Notes: a model not told the origin generated them from the letters alone. A stretch of 64,000 nucleotides of DNA from a virus (IMGVR_UViG_3300033146_007472), one strand, 5' to 3'. Counted from the stretch's first letter, positions 9,588 to 19,275 are shown. Program-made: numbers and translations.

Positions 9588-10451
9588 TTACTTCGAAGCT
9601 GTCATCGAGAACATACCTTTGATGGCACCTTGAAGATCCGCAGGAAGAACCATAACCTTAGTATTATCGCTAAGTGATAGTTTTTCCATCGCATTTATAT
9701 AATTTTCGCCAAGCAAATAACTAACTGCTAGTGGCTCATTATTGTCTCCAGCAGCTTTAAGCACAACTTGCAGCGCGGTCTGTGAAGCTTTAGCTTGAAT
9801 CTCTTTTGCTTCAGAGTCTCGTTTAGCTGCTTCAAGACGCCCGGTAGCGTCTAAGATAGCTGCATCTTTTTGACCTTCGGCAAGCGTAACAGTTGCTCGA
9901 CGACGACGTTCTGCGGCCGCTTGTTCTTCCATTGCTGCTTGCATTGTTTTACTTGGGCTGATATCTTGAATCTCCACAGTTTTTAATGCTACTCCCCAAT
10001 TTGTAATATCATCCGCAATAGAGTTCTTCAAACTTGTTTTAATCAAATCACGAGAAGACAAAGCATCATCTAATTTCATCTCGCCAATAATCGCACGTAG
10101 ACTAGTCTGAACCAAAGTTTGAATAGCAAACGCATAATCTTCAACACCATACGCAGCGTCATGTGGGCTCGTAATATTTATATACGCGACAGCATTCGCA
10201 AAAATGACTGCATTATCAGCGGTAATAACTTCTTGACTTGGAATTTCAAGAACTTGATCTTTTGTGCTCAGTTTATGTACGACAGTATCAATATATGGTA
10301 TGATAATATTTAGGCCTGGCGAGAGTGTCTTGCGATACTTTCCGAGCCTCTGAACAAGATGCTTAGAGCCTTGTGGAACAATACGAACACCCATTGCTAA
10401 TGTTAAAAAAATGAAGACTATAAATACTGCTACCGTTATTAAACCACCCAT
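9588..10451 (-). CDS. SPFH/band-7 (stomatin/HflKC-like) membrane protein
   Basis: N-terminal TM then GVRIVPQGSKHLVQRLGKY..; A/E/R-rich coiled coil QAAMEEQAAAERRRR. Confidence 0.8.
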   Translation of the reverse strand: MGGLITVAVFIVFIFLTLAMGVRIVPQGSKHLVQRLGKYRKTLSPGLNIIIPYIDTVVHKLSTKDQVLEIPSQEVITADNAVIFANAVAYINITSPHDAAYGVEDYAFAIQTLVQTSLRAIIGEMKLDDALSSRDLIKTSLKNSIADDITNWGVALKTVEIQDISPSKTMQAAMEEQAAAERRRRATVTLAEGQKDAAILDATGRLEAAKRDSEAKEIQAKASQTALQVVLKAAGDNNEPLAVSYLLGENYINAMEKLSLSDNTKVMVLPADLQGAIKGMFSMTASK

Positions 10452-10483
10452 CCTAACCTCGCTTTAGAAAATAAGACTTAAAA

Positions 10484-10945
10484 TTAAGTCATAACCTGAC
10501 ATGACGTTACAGCTTCAACAACTAACAATGTTTCGTGTGTTTCAATAACTCGTACGACATCGCCGACTTTAACATGCTTATCCGCTGTCGTAAATAACCA
10601 TTCATCTGTACCAGCTATCGAAACAGAAAAACGCAACTTTCCGCTTACTTTTCCCGGAACCTCGGCTGCAATAACAAGAGCCGTTTGGCTTAACATTTCA
10701 GCTTGAAAATTTGAGCCTGGCGTAATACGCTGACTTAATTTAATCCATATACCACTAAAAATTACTGCCGAAATACTCCAGCTACCGAGCTGAAACAAAA
10801 GTGGTATTTCAAAACCAAGCGCTAAAATGAGTCCGATATTAATAGCAGCTAAACCAAACCAAAAAATTGTAAAAGATGGAATTATCAATTCACATAGCAT
10901 TAAAATCATGCCAAAAACAAACCAATGCCAATAAACTAGCGTCAT
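10484..10945 (-). CDS. NfeD-like membrane protein (SPFH partner, C-terminal OB-fold)
   Basis: 3 TM helices then beta-rich C-terminus; immediately upstream of SPFH gene as in canonical nfeD-stomatin operons. Confidence 0.65.
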   Translation of the reverse strand: MTLVYWHWFVFGMILMLCELIIPSFTIFWFGLAAINIGLILALGFEIPLLFQLGSWSISAVIFSGIWIKLSQRITPGSNFQAEMLSQTALVIAAEVPGKVSGKLRFSVSIAGTDEWLFTTADKHVKVGDVVRVIETHETLLVVEAVTSCQVMT

Positions 10946-11007
10946 ATATTTACTCTCTTATCAGATCATATAAGTTATGAGCTTAAAGAAGTTTTGTAGA
11001 TAAAAGA

Positions 11008-11604
11008 TTAACTGAGGCTAAAGTGCTCTTGAGTACGAACAATTCGTTGCTGGCGGCGTCTATCAAACTGTCCTAAATTCCATAAAAACTTGCGTAATTT
11101 GATCGGAAATGTACCAATATCTTCAATATGAAATTTAACACCTTTTTGATCAAGAATTGTAAGTCTTGTAAAATCTGAAAGTGCTAAAAACTCGGCCACA
11201 AGAGCATCTGCAAAACAGATTTTTTCCATCTCTGAGACGAGTTTATCATATTCTTCCGGGTCAGATTTATAAACTTGGTAGAGTTTTTGTCCGATATCAG
11301 GTCGACACATTAAATTCTCCGTTAGCAGTCCTAAAAAAAATTGTCGCTCAGATCTCGTAATTTCAGTCGAAAATATCGTATCTAAAAGCTGCGTAGATAA
11401 CTCAAACACGAATCGACCGGTGTTTGTAACTACTAACGTTATAAGCGAAAAACGTGATTTTTTCAGCAGTTTTAAGAACACACATTCAAAAACATTATTG
11501 CGCTGAGCGTCCGTTTCACATGTAGTTAAAAGATATTCATACAATGAAATACAGCGTATTCGACATAACCAATATGCCAGGACGGTACGTATATTTTTCA
11601 TCAT
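11008..11604 (-). CDS. hypothetical protein, first gene of SPFH operon
   Basis: ORF track; co-oriented, 60 nt from nfeD-like gene. Confidence 0.4.
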   Translation of the reverse strand: MMKNIRTVLAYWLCRIRCISLYEYLLTTCETDAQRNNVFECVFLKLLKKSRFSLITLVVTNTGRFVFELSTQLLDTIFSTEITRSERQFFLGLLTENLMCRPDIGQKLYQVYKSDPEEYDKLVSEMEKICFADALVAEFLALSDFTRLTILDQKGVKFHIEDIGTFPIKLRKFLWNLGQFDRRRQQRIVRTQEHFSLS

Positions 11605-12410
11605 ACTGAAACCTTCTGAAGAAGAAGTTATTCTTCGAATAGAAGACCTCTCGAATCCACACTAATCATATACTGAATTCAGTAACGAGGAATGTGGAGA
11701 CGCATGGCTAACTTTGCCAATGAGCGCAGTTTGAAATGCCGCAAGTTTTGGGCAGTTTTTCATACACTCGTCACGAGGCTCTGTATTTCTCTCACAATCA
11801 CGACAAGGACTCTTGATCATCTTTCAGTATCCTATTCTCTATAATACCACATTTAATAACGAATAGCTAAAGTCACTAACATTAATAAGACAAAAAAGCG
11901 CTCTCGAGTTCTCCGAGCTTCGATTACTACTACCACTAAGCTCTCAAGATCTTTAGGTCTCTAGCTGCTCCTGAATTTGTGTCTGGTGCGTCTCTCCCGC
12001 AGTTAACCAATACTTGTGCTAAACTAGTACGAAAAGAGAATACTTCGACTAAAAAGTCGACTGAAATAAGCATGTTAATACTGCTAACTAAAAGATCACA
12101 CAAGGTCTCCAGTATCAGCTTACCCGAGATAGCAAAAAGTGCTTATTTTTTTGGCTCTTTTTCCGCGCGCACGTTTTGACAGAGTCAGGAACCTAGATTA
12201 AGATGTGTAGAGAGCTTTTATACTGCCGTTTTAAGAACTTTTTAAAAAGGGTTACAGGTCTTCGTTTATTTTTCATAGCTTATGTAAGCTCTCTCGAAGT
12301 TATTCTGAGTAACCTGGACGATCATGACGAGACTTTAACATTAAACTAAATATAAACATACTTTGAAGCCGAAGAGATCACGTCAGAGTAACATCAGAAA
12401 CTTTTTAAAT

Positions 12411-12770
12411 TTAGTTGGTAGCTTGTTCAATAAGCTCACGAATAAGTTTAGAAGTATTGCCACGGCCGGTCCGACGTCCTTGAGTTTTATCCGCCATTTT
12501 CTGTAACTTTTCAAGAGCAGCCTCATCAATCCAAATTACTTTGCGAGTCCAAGCTATCGACTTTAAGATTCGCTTGCCTTCAACCTTAGCTGCAGGTACT
12601 CGTGCGGACTTAGTTTTCACTGGATGAGAGGCTGGTTTGGTTGGTGTAGCCATAATTGAAGTCTTCTCAGTAAATGGATCTATTCCACCAGCTACAAAGT
12701 CTGCGTCCGGTATAGTCGAAACAACAACCGGCTTCTCATCTAAGTCTAATTTAAATTCTTTTTTTGCCAT
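12411..12770 (-). CDS. small partition protein, ParG-like (RHH C-terminus) candidate centromere-binding protein
   Basis: 119 aa, directly downstream of parA; basic, C-terminal KLIRELIEQ RHH-like segment; type Ib cassette architecture. Confidence 0.4.
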   Translation of the reverse strand: MAKKEFKLDLDEKPVVVSTIPDADFVAGGIDPFTEKTSIMATPTKPASHPVKTKSARVPAAKVEGKRILKSIAWTRKVIWIDEAALEKLQKMADKTQGRRTGRGNTSKLIRELIEQATN

Positions 12771-12793
12771 AATAACATATATCTCTCAATAGA

Positions 12794-13477
12794 CTAGCTG
12801 TTCTGCGGCATTGAAACTTCAGCATATAAACGATGGATTTCTTCAGCCGCCTTACTAGATGGCGCATACTCTAGAACACCGAGTCCCTGCGCTATAGACT
12901 CTTTAAAAGCTACTCGTTGCTGAAGCACAGTCTTTAGCATCGGTATAGTTGAGGCTATCGACTTTAGCGCTTCAACAGATGCTCGGCTGATATGAGTATT
13001 CTGAATAACCTGATTAAGCAAAAGCCTCGCTTGAACAGGACGGCCGGATCTTGAAGCAGCTTTATTAGCTAAGTCAATAACTTCTACGACGTTCTTTGCT
13101 GCCCAAATATCAAACTGGCTTGGTGTAACTGGAGCAATAACAAGATCCGCAGCTAAAACAGCCAAACGAAGCAACCGACCGTCAAAACCACCAACATCAA
13201 TAATAATCCGATCAAACTGTGTTTTAACTTGTTCAATAACATCCGTTAATGACGTATCTGGATAATCTTGTTCATTGTACCGCATTGCTTTCAGGTCTTC
13301 AGCCTGACGCTTCTGAAAAAACATAATTGAGCTACACTGCGGGTCAGCATCAATTAACAATGTTCGTTGGCCATCCATCACTGAGGCCACGGAAAGATTA
13401 GCCGCTACAGTAGACTTGCCCGTACCACCCTTAGTTGACGCTACCGTCAATACTTTCATGTTCTCTCCAGTCTCCAT
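12794..13477 (-). CDS. parA: ParA/ParF-type partition ATPase (type Ib, no N-terminal HTH)
   Basis: deviant Walker A KVLTVASTKGGTGKST; 227 aa; iterons upstream. Confidence 0.85.
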   Translation of the reverse strand: METGENMKVLTVASTKGGTGKSTVAANLSVASVMDGQRTLLIDADPQCSSIMFFQKRQAEDLKAMRYNEQDYPDTSLTDVIEQVKTQFDRIIIDVGGFDGRLLRLAVLAADLVIAPVTPSQFDIWAAKNVVEVIDLANKAASRSGRPVQARLLLNQVIQNTHISRASVEALKSIASTIPMLKTVLQQRVAFKESIAQGLGVLEYAPSSKAAEEIHRLYAEVSMPQNS

Positions 13478-13699
13478 AAATATACCTATATACGCGTATA
13501 TTTTAATATAACAGACAATTATAGTGATTAAGTTCTGACAAAACTGAGCCGGCTATGAATAACATCCGAAGAACCTCAGCATCTCTACATAAACTAAAAC
13601 CACGGCTAACTCTTATTTTATATGACTACTTGCCTCAAAGAGCAGCCTGAAAAATATACGTATATACATATATACGCTGCTCCACCATCTACAGCAATT

Positions 13700-13935
13700 T
13701 CGGCACCAAATATCCGTATCTCCATACATACATATTTCCGTATACTCATATACACAGGCATACGTGTATCCGTATATACATGACTCCATGTATCCATATC
13801 TCCATATATCCGTATACATGTAAATACGTGTATCCAGATATCCAGAGATACATGTATCCGTATACCTATATATACGTACATCCGTATACTTATATATTTG
13901 TATATCTAGATATCCGGGTATCCGTATATCCGGCT
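13700..13935. repeat. iteron array, >=7 copies of TATCCGTATAC at irregular 24-48 bp spacing; likely parH-like centromere or origin
   Basis: copies at about 13712,13736,13768,13808,13856,13881,13919 plus degenerate variants; directly upstream of parA. Confidence 0.6.
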
Positions 13936-14114
13936 GCATGTTGGTAGGAAAAAACGTTCCATCAAGAGCAAAAAAAATTCTCTAAATTTTTAGGAAAGAC
14001 TTTGGACTTCGAAGGCTCAAAAAACTGAACTTAGCAAAACTCTTAGACTCTAAGTTCCGGAAGTTATTTTTAGGAAGAGGTTCTCTGGACGAGAACGAGG
14101 ATCATCTTTGCTAT

Positions 14115-14240
14115 TTGAACGGGGTGTGAGCTGTACGTTTCCGTACAAGCTCGTTAAAACCTCGGTGACGCGGCCAGGAAGTGCTGTTCCAGCACGCTAG
14201 GAATGTTGTACATTACTAGTTAGAACCTTTCCGTTCTTGA
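14115..14240. repeat. copy A of about 125 bp palindrome-rich element (second copy 16256..16378)
   Basis: about 75-80% identity to 16256..16378; shared GAACGGGGT, GTACGTTYCCGTAC, GGAAGTGCTGTWCCAGCACGCTAGGAATG, CTAGTTAGAACCTTTMCCGTTCTT. Confidence 0.55.
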
Positions 14241-14483
14241 ACCGGCCACCAAACTGGCTAGGCGAGCGGACAGCCTCCTACCGATAACAAAATCGGTAAG
14301 CCCTCTCGACAAGGCACATGTCCTATCAGCCAACCTAATTTAAAATTCTCATTAATAATCTTTAAAACCAGCGGCGGAGGAAGAGCCGAACAAGCCGATT
14401 ACTCGGCGGAGGACCGGCTATCCTCGCGGAGGATGAAAGACCGACTGGCCTAAATACTCGAGAACACGTCCGGTTCCGGCCGG

Positions 14484-14726
14484 CTAATAACCATTACCTC
14501 TACCGGGACCGCGACATAGTGACAGCGTACCGTCAGGATTATACTTAGGCGCCATGAACCCGTAACCTCGATAGCCGTTGCGATTGGAAAATAAATAATA
14601 CTCAACGCCGTGCAGACATTGTACATGAAATGAAGAAGATGATGGCTGGACAGCTTCGTTCTCAGCACAAGACGATAGCAGTAAGAGAAGAATAAACAAA
14701 CTTAAGCTGTAATATATTTTAAACAT
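14484..14726 (-). CDS. small lipoprotein
   Basis: signal peptide LFILLLLLSSC with lipobox L-S-S-C; preferred over overlapping 14450..14668 ORF. Confidence 0.4.
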   Translation of the reverse strand: MFKIYYSLSLFILLLLLSSCAENEAVQPSSSSFHVQCLHGVEYYLFSNRNGYRGYGFMAPKYNPDGTLSLCRGPGRGNGY

Positions 14727-14767
14727 TTAATAACCTTTCAGACAACAATGGTTTCACGATAAAAAAC

Positions 14768-15106
14768 TTAAAATTCATGTCGAAATTCAGTATCTTTGCA
14801 TACTAGTGGCACGGTGCCAGTCATATCTGAATTCGCAGTCATGATCTGCACAAGGTTAGCATTGCCATTAGTAATGATAACCGCGAACTCACGGCCATTT
14901 AAACATACATTACGGATAATGGCCCGTGACATGGCCGCATGTGCTAAGCGAACTTGGATACGAATCTCAGGCGCTGTGTCAGATGGAGATACGACTGCAA
15001 TTTCCGACGTATCAGCACGGCTTCTATTACTTAGAATGAGACTTGTAAATACGACTACATTAATTATAATTAAAGCTGCAGCGACTAGAAATTTAGATGA
15101 ATACAT
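14768..15106 (-). CDS. small secreted protein (paralog family 3)
   Basis: N-terminal signal/TM; shares EIRxxxR..CLNGREFAVIIT..LVQIM core with 24108..24359; preferred over antisense 14796..15128. Confidence 0.45.
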   Translation of the reverse strand: MYSSKFLVAAALIIINVVVFTSLILSNRSRADTSEIAVVSPSDTAPEIRIQVRLAHAAMSRAIIRNVCLNGREFAVIITNGNANLVQIMTANSDMTGTVPLVCKDTEFRHEF

Positions 15107-15157
15107 TTTTGAGCTCCGAGAATCTTAGTAAGGTTTGCGCCTAGTTACGACAGCTTG

Positions 15158-15532
15158 TTACAAAAGCTTAGTAAGTACATGTAAAGCCATATATTCTGGA
15201 TTGGCAAAAATACGAATCTGTATTACAAGTATAGAAACCGACGTAACTACGCCTATTAAGCTGACAAGACTGAGCAAGAAAACAGCAGTATCATCTGGTG
15301 AGGTTTTATCTGCGGTTAACTTGGCTTTGCGCTGTGCGTAGCTTGAATATGCCTTAAATGCATAGTAGATACATATGCAGCTTGCTATAACTAGAAAGAC
15401 TAATACGCTCATATTAGTCCAGAAGTCTATCCAAACTTGACGTAAAGCTGTCTCATAAATAAATTCAGCTGCAACACCAAGCTTGTTAGAAAGCAAAATA
15501 AGATTAGAATCAATTACAACTGATGCAGGCAT
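15158..15532 (-). CDS. 2-TM membrane protein, paralog family 1 (QVW / NPEY motifs)
   Basis: track ORF starts at TTG 15544; ATG at 15532 has GGAG SD; motifs AAEFIYETALRQVWIDFW and NPEY shared with 22443 and 24528 genes. Confidence 0.5.
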   Translation of the reverse strand: MPASVVIDSNLILLSNKLGVAAEFIYETALRQVWIDFWTNMSVLVFLVIASCICIYYAFKAYSSYAQRKAKLTADKTSPDDTAVFLLSLVSLIGVVTSVSILVIQIRIFANPEYMALHVLTKLL

Positions 15533-15566
15533 AAGGATCTCCAATTAAGGTTAAAGTTAAGAACGT

Positions 15567-15580
15567 AATAGACTGAAGCC
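15567..15580 (-). promoter_or_regulatory. weaker copy of conserved upstream motif (AATAGACTGAAGCC)
   Basis: 35-48 nt upstream of ATG 15532. Confidence 0.35.
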
Positions 15581-15608
15581 TAATAACATTTAGTAATACT
15601 AAAGATAA

Positions 15609-16169
15609 TTAAGACATACGAACACTTTCAACATCACTCTTACGTACCAAAAACGTTTTAGCGTAACTTGTATGCTGCGCAAGCTTTATGTGTGTATTAT
15701 CATAAGCATGAATTACATACAAGTGTTCCCATGGACAAGTAGCAAGTTTAATATGCAAACAACGCTGCGACGTTAATAAAGCTTGCTCGAGGTACTGATC
15801 TAATAATGAGACCTTTTCAGTTTCAACATTAGGTACTGCTCGTGCTTCACGAAGCTCAAGATGTGTTTGATAACCGGACTGAGTATGCAGATAGTCTCGC
15901 CTATCCCACCAATTGGCAATATCTGCAACATATCCGTATACAGCAGCTCGGAAACCAGTTACGCGTTTCTCAAGAACCGAAATATTTTTACAATTAGACT
16001 TCGAATAATTTTGTAAACGTGAAGTAACTTGCGCAATAGTAAACGTAGCCTGAAAATGTGGCTGAAGAGAAGCATAAACTTTTCGTCCAGAAATCGGTGT
16101 CTGTGCGGCTTTCAGCACGCGTAAAAGTTCTTTATAGATAGGTGTATCTATGGCAGACGTTTTAGACAT
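15609..16169 (-). CDS. hypothetical protein
   Basis: ORF track; preceded by conserved upstream motif and SD AAGGAA. Confidence 0.45.
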   Translation of the reverse strand: MSKTSAIDTPIYKELLRVLKAAQTPISGRKVYASLQPHFQATFTIAQVTSRLQNYSKSNCKNISVLEKRVTGFRAAVYGYVADIANWWDRRDYLHTQSGYQTHLELREARAVPNVETEKVSLLDQYLEQALLTSQRCLHIKLATCPWEHLYVIHAYDNTHIKLAQHTSYAKTFLVRKSDVESVRMS

Positions 16170-16209
16170 ATGAATTTCCTTAAGCTTGTGACATGTAAGT
16201 ATATAACTT

Positions 16210-16227
16210 GATAGACAGAAGCCGGCG
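16210..16227 (-). promoter_or_regulatory. conserved upstream motif GATAGACAGAAGCCGGCG (reads CCGGCTTCTGTCTATC in gene direction)
   Basis: 41-58 nt upstream of ATG 16169; followed by TATATAC -10-like. Confidence 0.5.
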
Positions 16228-16255
16228 TGCAGTGTTTGTGGATTAAACTTGTCCG

Positions 16256-16378
16256 TTCGAACGGGGTAGTGAGTAGTACGTTCCCGTACTCTCAGTTTCG
16301 GAATTCGCTCAGGAAGTGCTGTACCAGCACGCTAGGAATGCAAGACATTTCCTAGTTAGAACCTTTACCGTTCTTAAG
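16256..16378. repeat. copy B of about 125 bp palindrome-rich element
   Basis: see copy A; begins with perfect palindrome CCGTTCGAACGG. Confidence 0.55.
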
Positions 16379-16584
16379 CTTTATAGAAAGATAAAATTCT
16401 TTATTTAATGATAAACTACTTTACGCTTGAAGAACATGATGATATCAATAACCTGAATTCTAAGGACCGAGGCAGATTTTCTGCCTGAGACCAGGAGGTA
16501 TGAAGTCTTAAACCTCTATTATGAACAATGCTAATGTAAAAAACCTAGCCTTAACATAAAAGCTTGAGTGACTCCCTAGTCTAG

Positions 16585-16854
16585 TTGACTAAAGCACGCA
16601 ATTCGTGCATGCTACTTAGCCTGCAACTACAAGGGGAAGATATGACATTTGATGAGTATATGAATGCGGCTACAGTAACAAACGACGACGCAGATGACTA
16701 TTTTGAACACTTAGAGGATCCAGATTACGTTATCGCAACGTACACTTTCCCAGATGGCGCAAGACTGTATGATACTGCTGACGAAATACAATATGCGGAT
16801 GAAGGTGACGAAAGTTTCTGTGACTCATTTGACGACGGCGTGCTAAGATGTTAG
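16585..16854 (+). CDS. small acidic protein
   Basis: ORF track; D/E-rich; SD AAGGGGAAGA. Confidence 0.4.
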   Translation: MTKARNSCMLLSLQLQGEDMTFDEYMNAATVTNDDADDYFEHLEDPDYVIATYTFPDGARLYDTADEIQYADEGDESFCDSFDDGVLRC

Positions 16855-17017
16855 AATGACAGTGGATTCAGCGGGGAGACTGAGCTCGATGATGAAGATG
16901 ACGTTGTATTAACTACTAGTAGCTCAAAGTCAACTGGTCGGAAGCTGTAGATTTTGCGTAAGTAATACCCCGCTGCTTGCGACGGGGTGCGTTATTCTTG
17001 AAGGAGTAAAACAGAAT

Positions 17018-18064
17018 ATGGACCAATTTAGCGCAGCTGAGGCCGGTAATTTACAATGGTTTAAAAAACAGAGAACGGCTGGACCATTACCGAAGCTAAT
17101 GGAGTGTAATAAAGACGGTTTATACGTACATGAAGTGGCCATTGAAAACGGTCATCTAGATGTAATTAAATGGCTGGTTGAAGAATCTGGTCAAGATGTT
17201 GATGTGACAACGGATAATAGCTATGCAGCCTACGTAAGTGCTAGAACTGGTCATCTAGATGTTCTTAAGTACCTAGTTGAAGAATCTGGTCAAGATCTTA
17301 ATGTAACAGCAGATGCTAATGCCGCAAGTATACAAGCAATTAAACACGGTCATCTAGATGTGTTCAAGTATTTGGTTAGCGAAGCCGGACAGTTTATTGA
17401 TCTGACAGCGAAGAATAATTACATTGTAGGTTTGGCGGCTAAAGCTGGGCATCTTGATATTGTTAAATGGCTGGTTGAAGAATCTGGTCGAGATATTAAT
17501 GTAACAGCTGAGGATAATCGGGCAGTTCGCATGGCAGCTCGGAACGGCCATCTTGATGTTGTTAAGTGGTTAGTTACTGAATCAGGTCAGAATGTTGATG
17601 TTACAGCTAAAGCTAACTATGCCGTTCACTATGCGGCGATTAACGGCCATCTTGAGATCATTAAATGGTTAGTTACCGACTCAGGTCAGAATGTTGATGT
17701 TACCGCGCATGATAACATAGTTGTTCTTCATGCAGTAGAGAATGGACATTTAGCTGTTATTAAATGGCTGGTTGAAGAGTCTGGACAGAATGTTGATGTA
17801 ACAATTCATGATAATGCAGTTGTTCGGCGGGCCGCCGAAAACGGTCATCTAGAGGTTATTAAATGGCTGGTTAATGAATCTGGCCAAGATGTTGATGTTA
17901 CAACTGACAATAATTATGCGCTTCAATGGGCAGCTCGGAACGGTCATTTAGATAGCGTTAAATGGCTGGTTGAAGAGGTCAAGATGTTGATATTACGGCT
18001 GAAGATAATTGGGCTACTCGATGGGCAGTTAAGTATGATCGTCAAGATGTCATCGAATATCTGA
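17018..18064 (+). CDS. ankyrin-repeat protein (about 9 tandem 33-aa repeats), frameshifted near 17977; true C-terminus likely continues in +1 frame to 18171
   Basis: repeats xNGHLDVIKWLVEESGQDVDVTxxxNxA; 4-bp deletion relative to repeat consensus (GAAGAATCTGGTCAAG to GAAGAGGTCAAG). Confidence 0.8.
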   Translation: MDQFSAAEAGNLQWFKKQRTAGPLPKLMECNKDGLYVHEVAIENGHLDVIKWLVEESGQDVDVTTDNSYAAYVSARTGHLDVLKYLVEESGQDLNVTADANAASIQAIKHGHLDVFKYLVSEAGQFIDLTAKNNYIVGLAAKAGHLDIVKWLVEESGRDINVTAEDNRAVRMAARNGHLDVVKWLVTESGQNVDVTAKANYAVHYAAINGHLEIIKWLVTDSGQNVDVTAHDNIVVLHAVENGHLAVIKWLVEESGQNVDVTIHDNAVVRRAAENGHLEVIKWLVNESGQDVDVTTDNNYALQWAARNGHLDSVKWLVEEVKMLILRLKIIGLLDGQLSMIVKMSSNI

Positions 18065-18864
18065 ATGAAACTATGCCGTTACTTCAAGAGCTCGGTCTAG
18101 ATTTATTTCGAATGTACATAAAAACTACGCTAGATGGTTCTAAAAGACCTAATAAGTCAATGAAATTATAATCAAGGAATCTGATAACCTGGATCAGCTT
18201 TAAATAGACACTTGGTACAGAATGTCCAGAATATAAGCATACAGCTTCAAATACGCTGGAAACAAAAAGAACTTGCAGGTTTTAGAAACAAAATACGTGA
18301 TATTGTGCATAGTCATCCTGCTGTAATATCTGAGTTCTTAGTCGACTGTCAGGTGTGCTATCAGGCATGCTGGAGCTCCGTAGCTATAGGCTAAAACCTC
18401 AGATTCTAAGCTCTATGCTATTTGAAGTCTAAATTAAAAATCAAGTCGTAGGTTGATTAGCAGTTTGCAATTTAAGCTGTTTCCAAGTAGAAAAAGCTTG
18501 AGACATATTAGTACCAGTTGAAGTATTCCACCATTTAAAAAAGTCTGACATTGTGGACTGAAGTTCTACGTAAGCTGCGTCTTCCATGGTATAACCTCTG
18601 AGTAATATATTGCTAAAAAGCATAGCTATGAACGTATACCTAGGTAGCGTAAAGCCGTAAAACTCTGGAAAACAGGTAGGTATGCTTTAAATTTATATAG
18701 AACTATACGGCTTCGGATGCGTAGTCAGAAGGTTCATTGGTAACCGAATAGATTTGCTCAGCCTACTTAGAATTCTAACTATTTTTGTAGACTAATTTCC
18801 TAGAATTCCGGCATATTCAGCGTAAATTCAGACTGAAGCAGTGCTAGCGCATATTTCAAAAACT

Positions 18865-19275
18865 CTAGCTTAAAACCTCAAAAAAGCGACAGAACCATTG
18901 TTTAACACGAAGGCGTAGCGACGGCGTATAGTTGCTCGGTAACTTGACATAGTCTGAAAACTTCGCAAACTTGTAAGTCTGAAGTTTTTCTTTCATAAGT
19001 TCACCAACTTCAGTGGAAGTATCTGTACAAATCCAAGATATTGAATTAGGAAATCGTGGGCCATCGAATTTAAAGTTGAAGTAATAATGATGTGTGTTAT
19101 CTCGAGTAAAAAAGCGCCCGTGGCAATCTCCAATAATATCGTGATGCTTCAAAGTAAAAAACCATTCTTGGTCTTCCTCATCTAAAGAAACTTTAGACAG
19201 TTTAGCTTTAGACACAAATTCGGCAAGAAACTCAGCTTTCTCTTGGTCTGACATACGTTGCTTTACTCTAAACAT
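18865..19275 (-). CDS. hypothetical protein
   Basis: ORF track; conserved upstream motif at 19311; SD GGAG. Confidence 0.4.
   Translation of the reverse strand: MFRVKQRMSDQEKAEFLAEFVSKAKLSKVSLDEEDQEWFFTLKHHDIIGDCHGRFFTRDNTHHYYFNFKFDGPRFPNSISWICTDTSTEVGELMKEKLQTYKFAKFSDYVKLPSNYTPSLRLRVKQWFCRFFEVLS

Noticed and set aside
13700-13935. Possible CRISPR array
   Set aside because: Repeat unit is only about 11 bp. Spacing is irregular (24-48 bp). Spacers are themselves partially repetitive. No cas genes. Better explained as iterons.
13613-13939. Two overlapping minus-strand ORFs (108 and 87 aa) with YTD/IRI low-complexity translation
   Set aside because: They are translations of the TATCCGTATAC iteron array, not genes.
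14796-15128. 110-aa plus-strand ORF overlapping 14768..15106(-)
   Set aside because: The minus-strand product has a signal peptide and a paralog (24108..24359); the plus ORF has neither.
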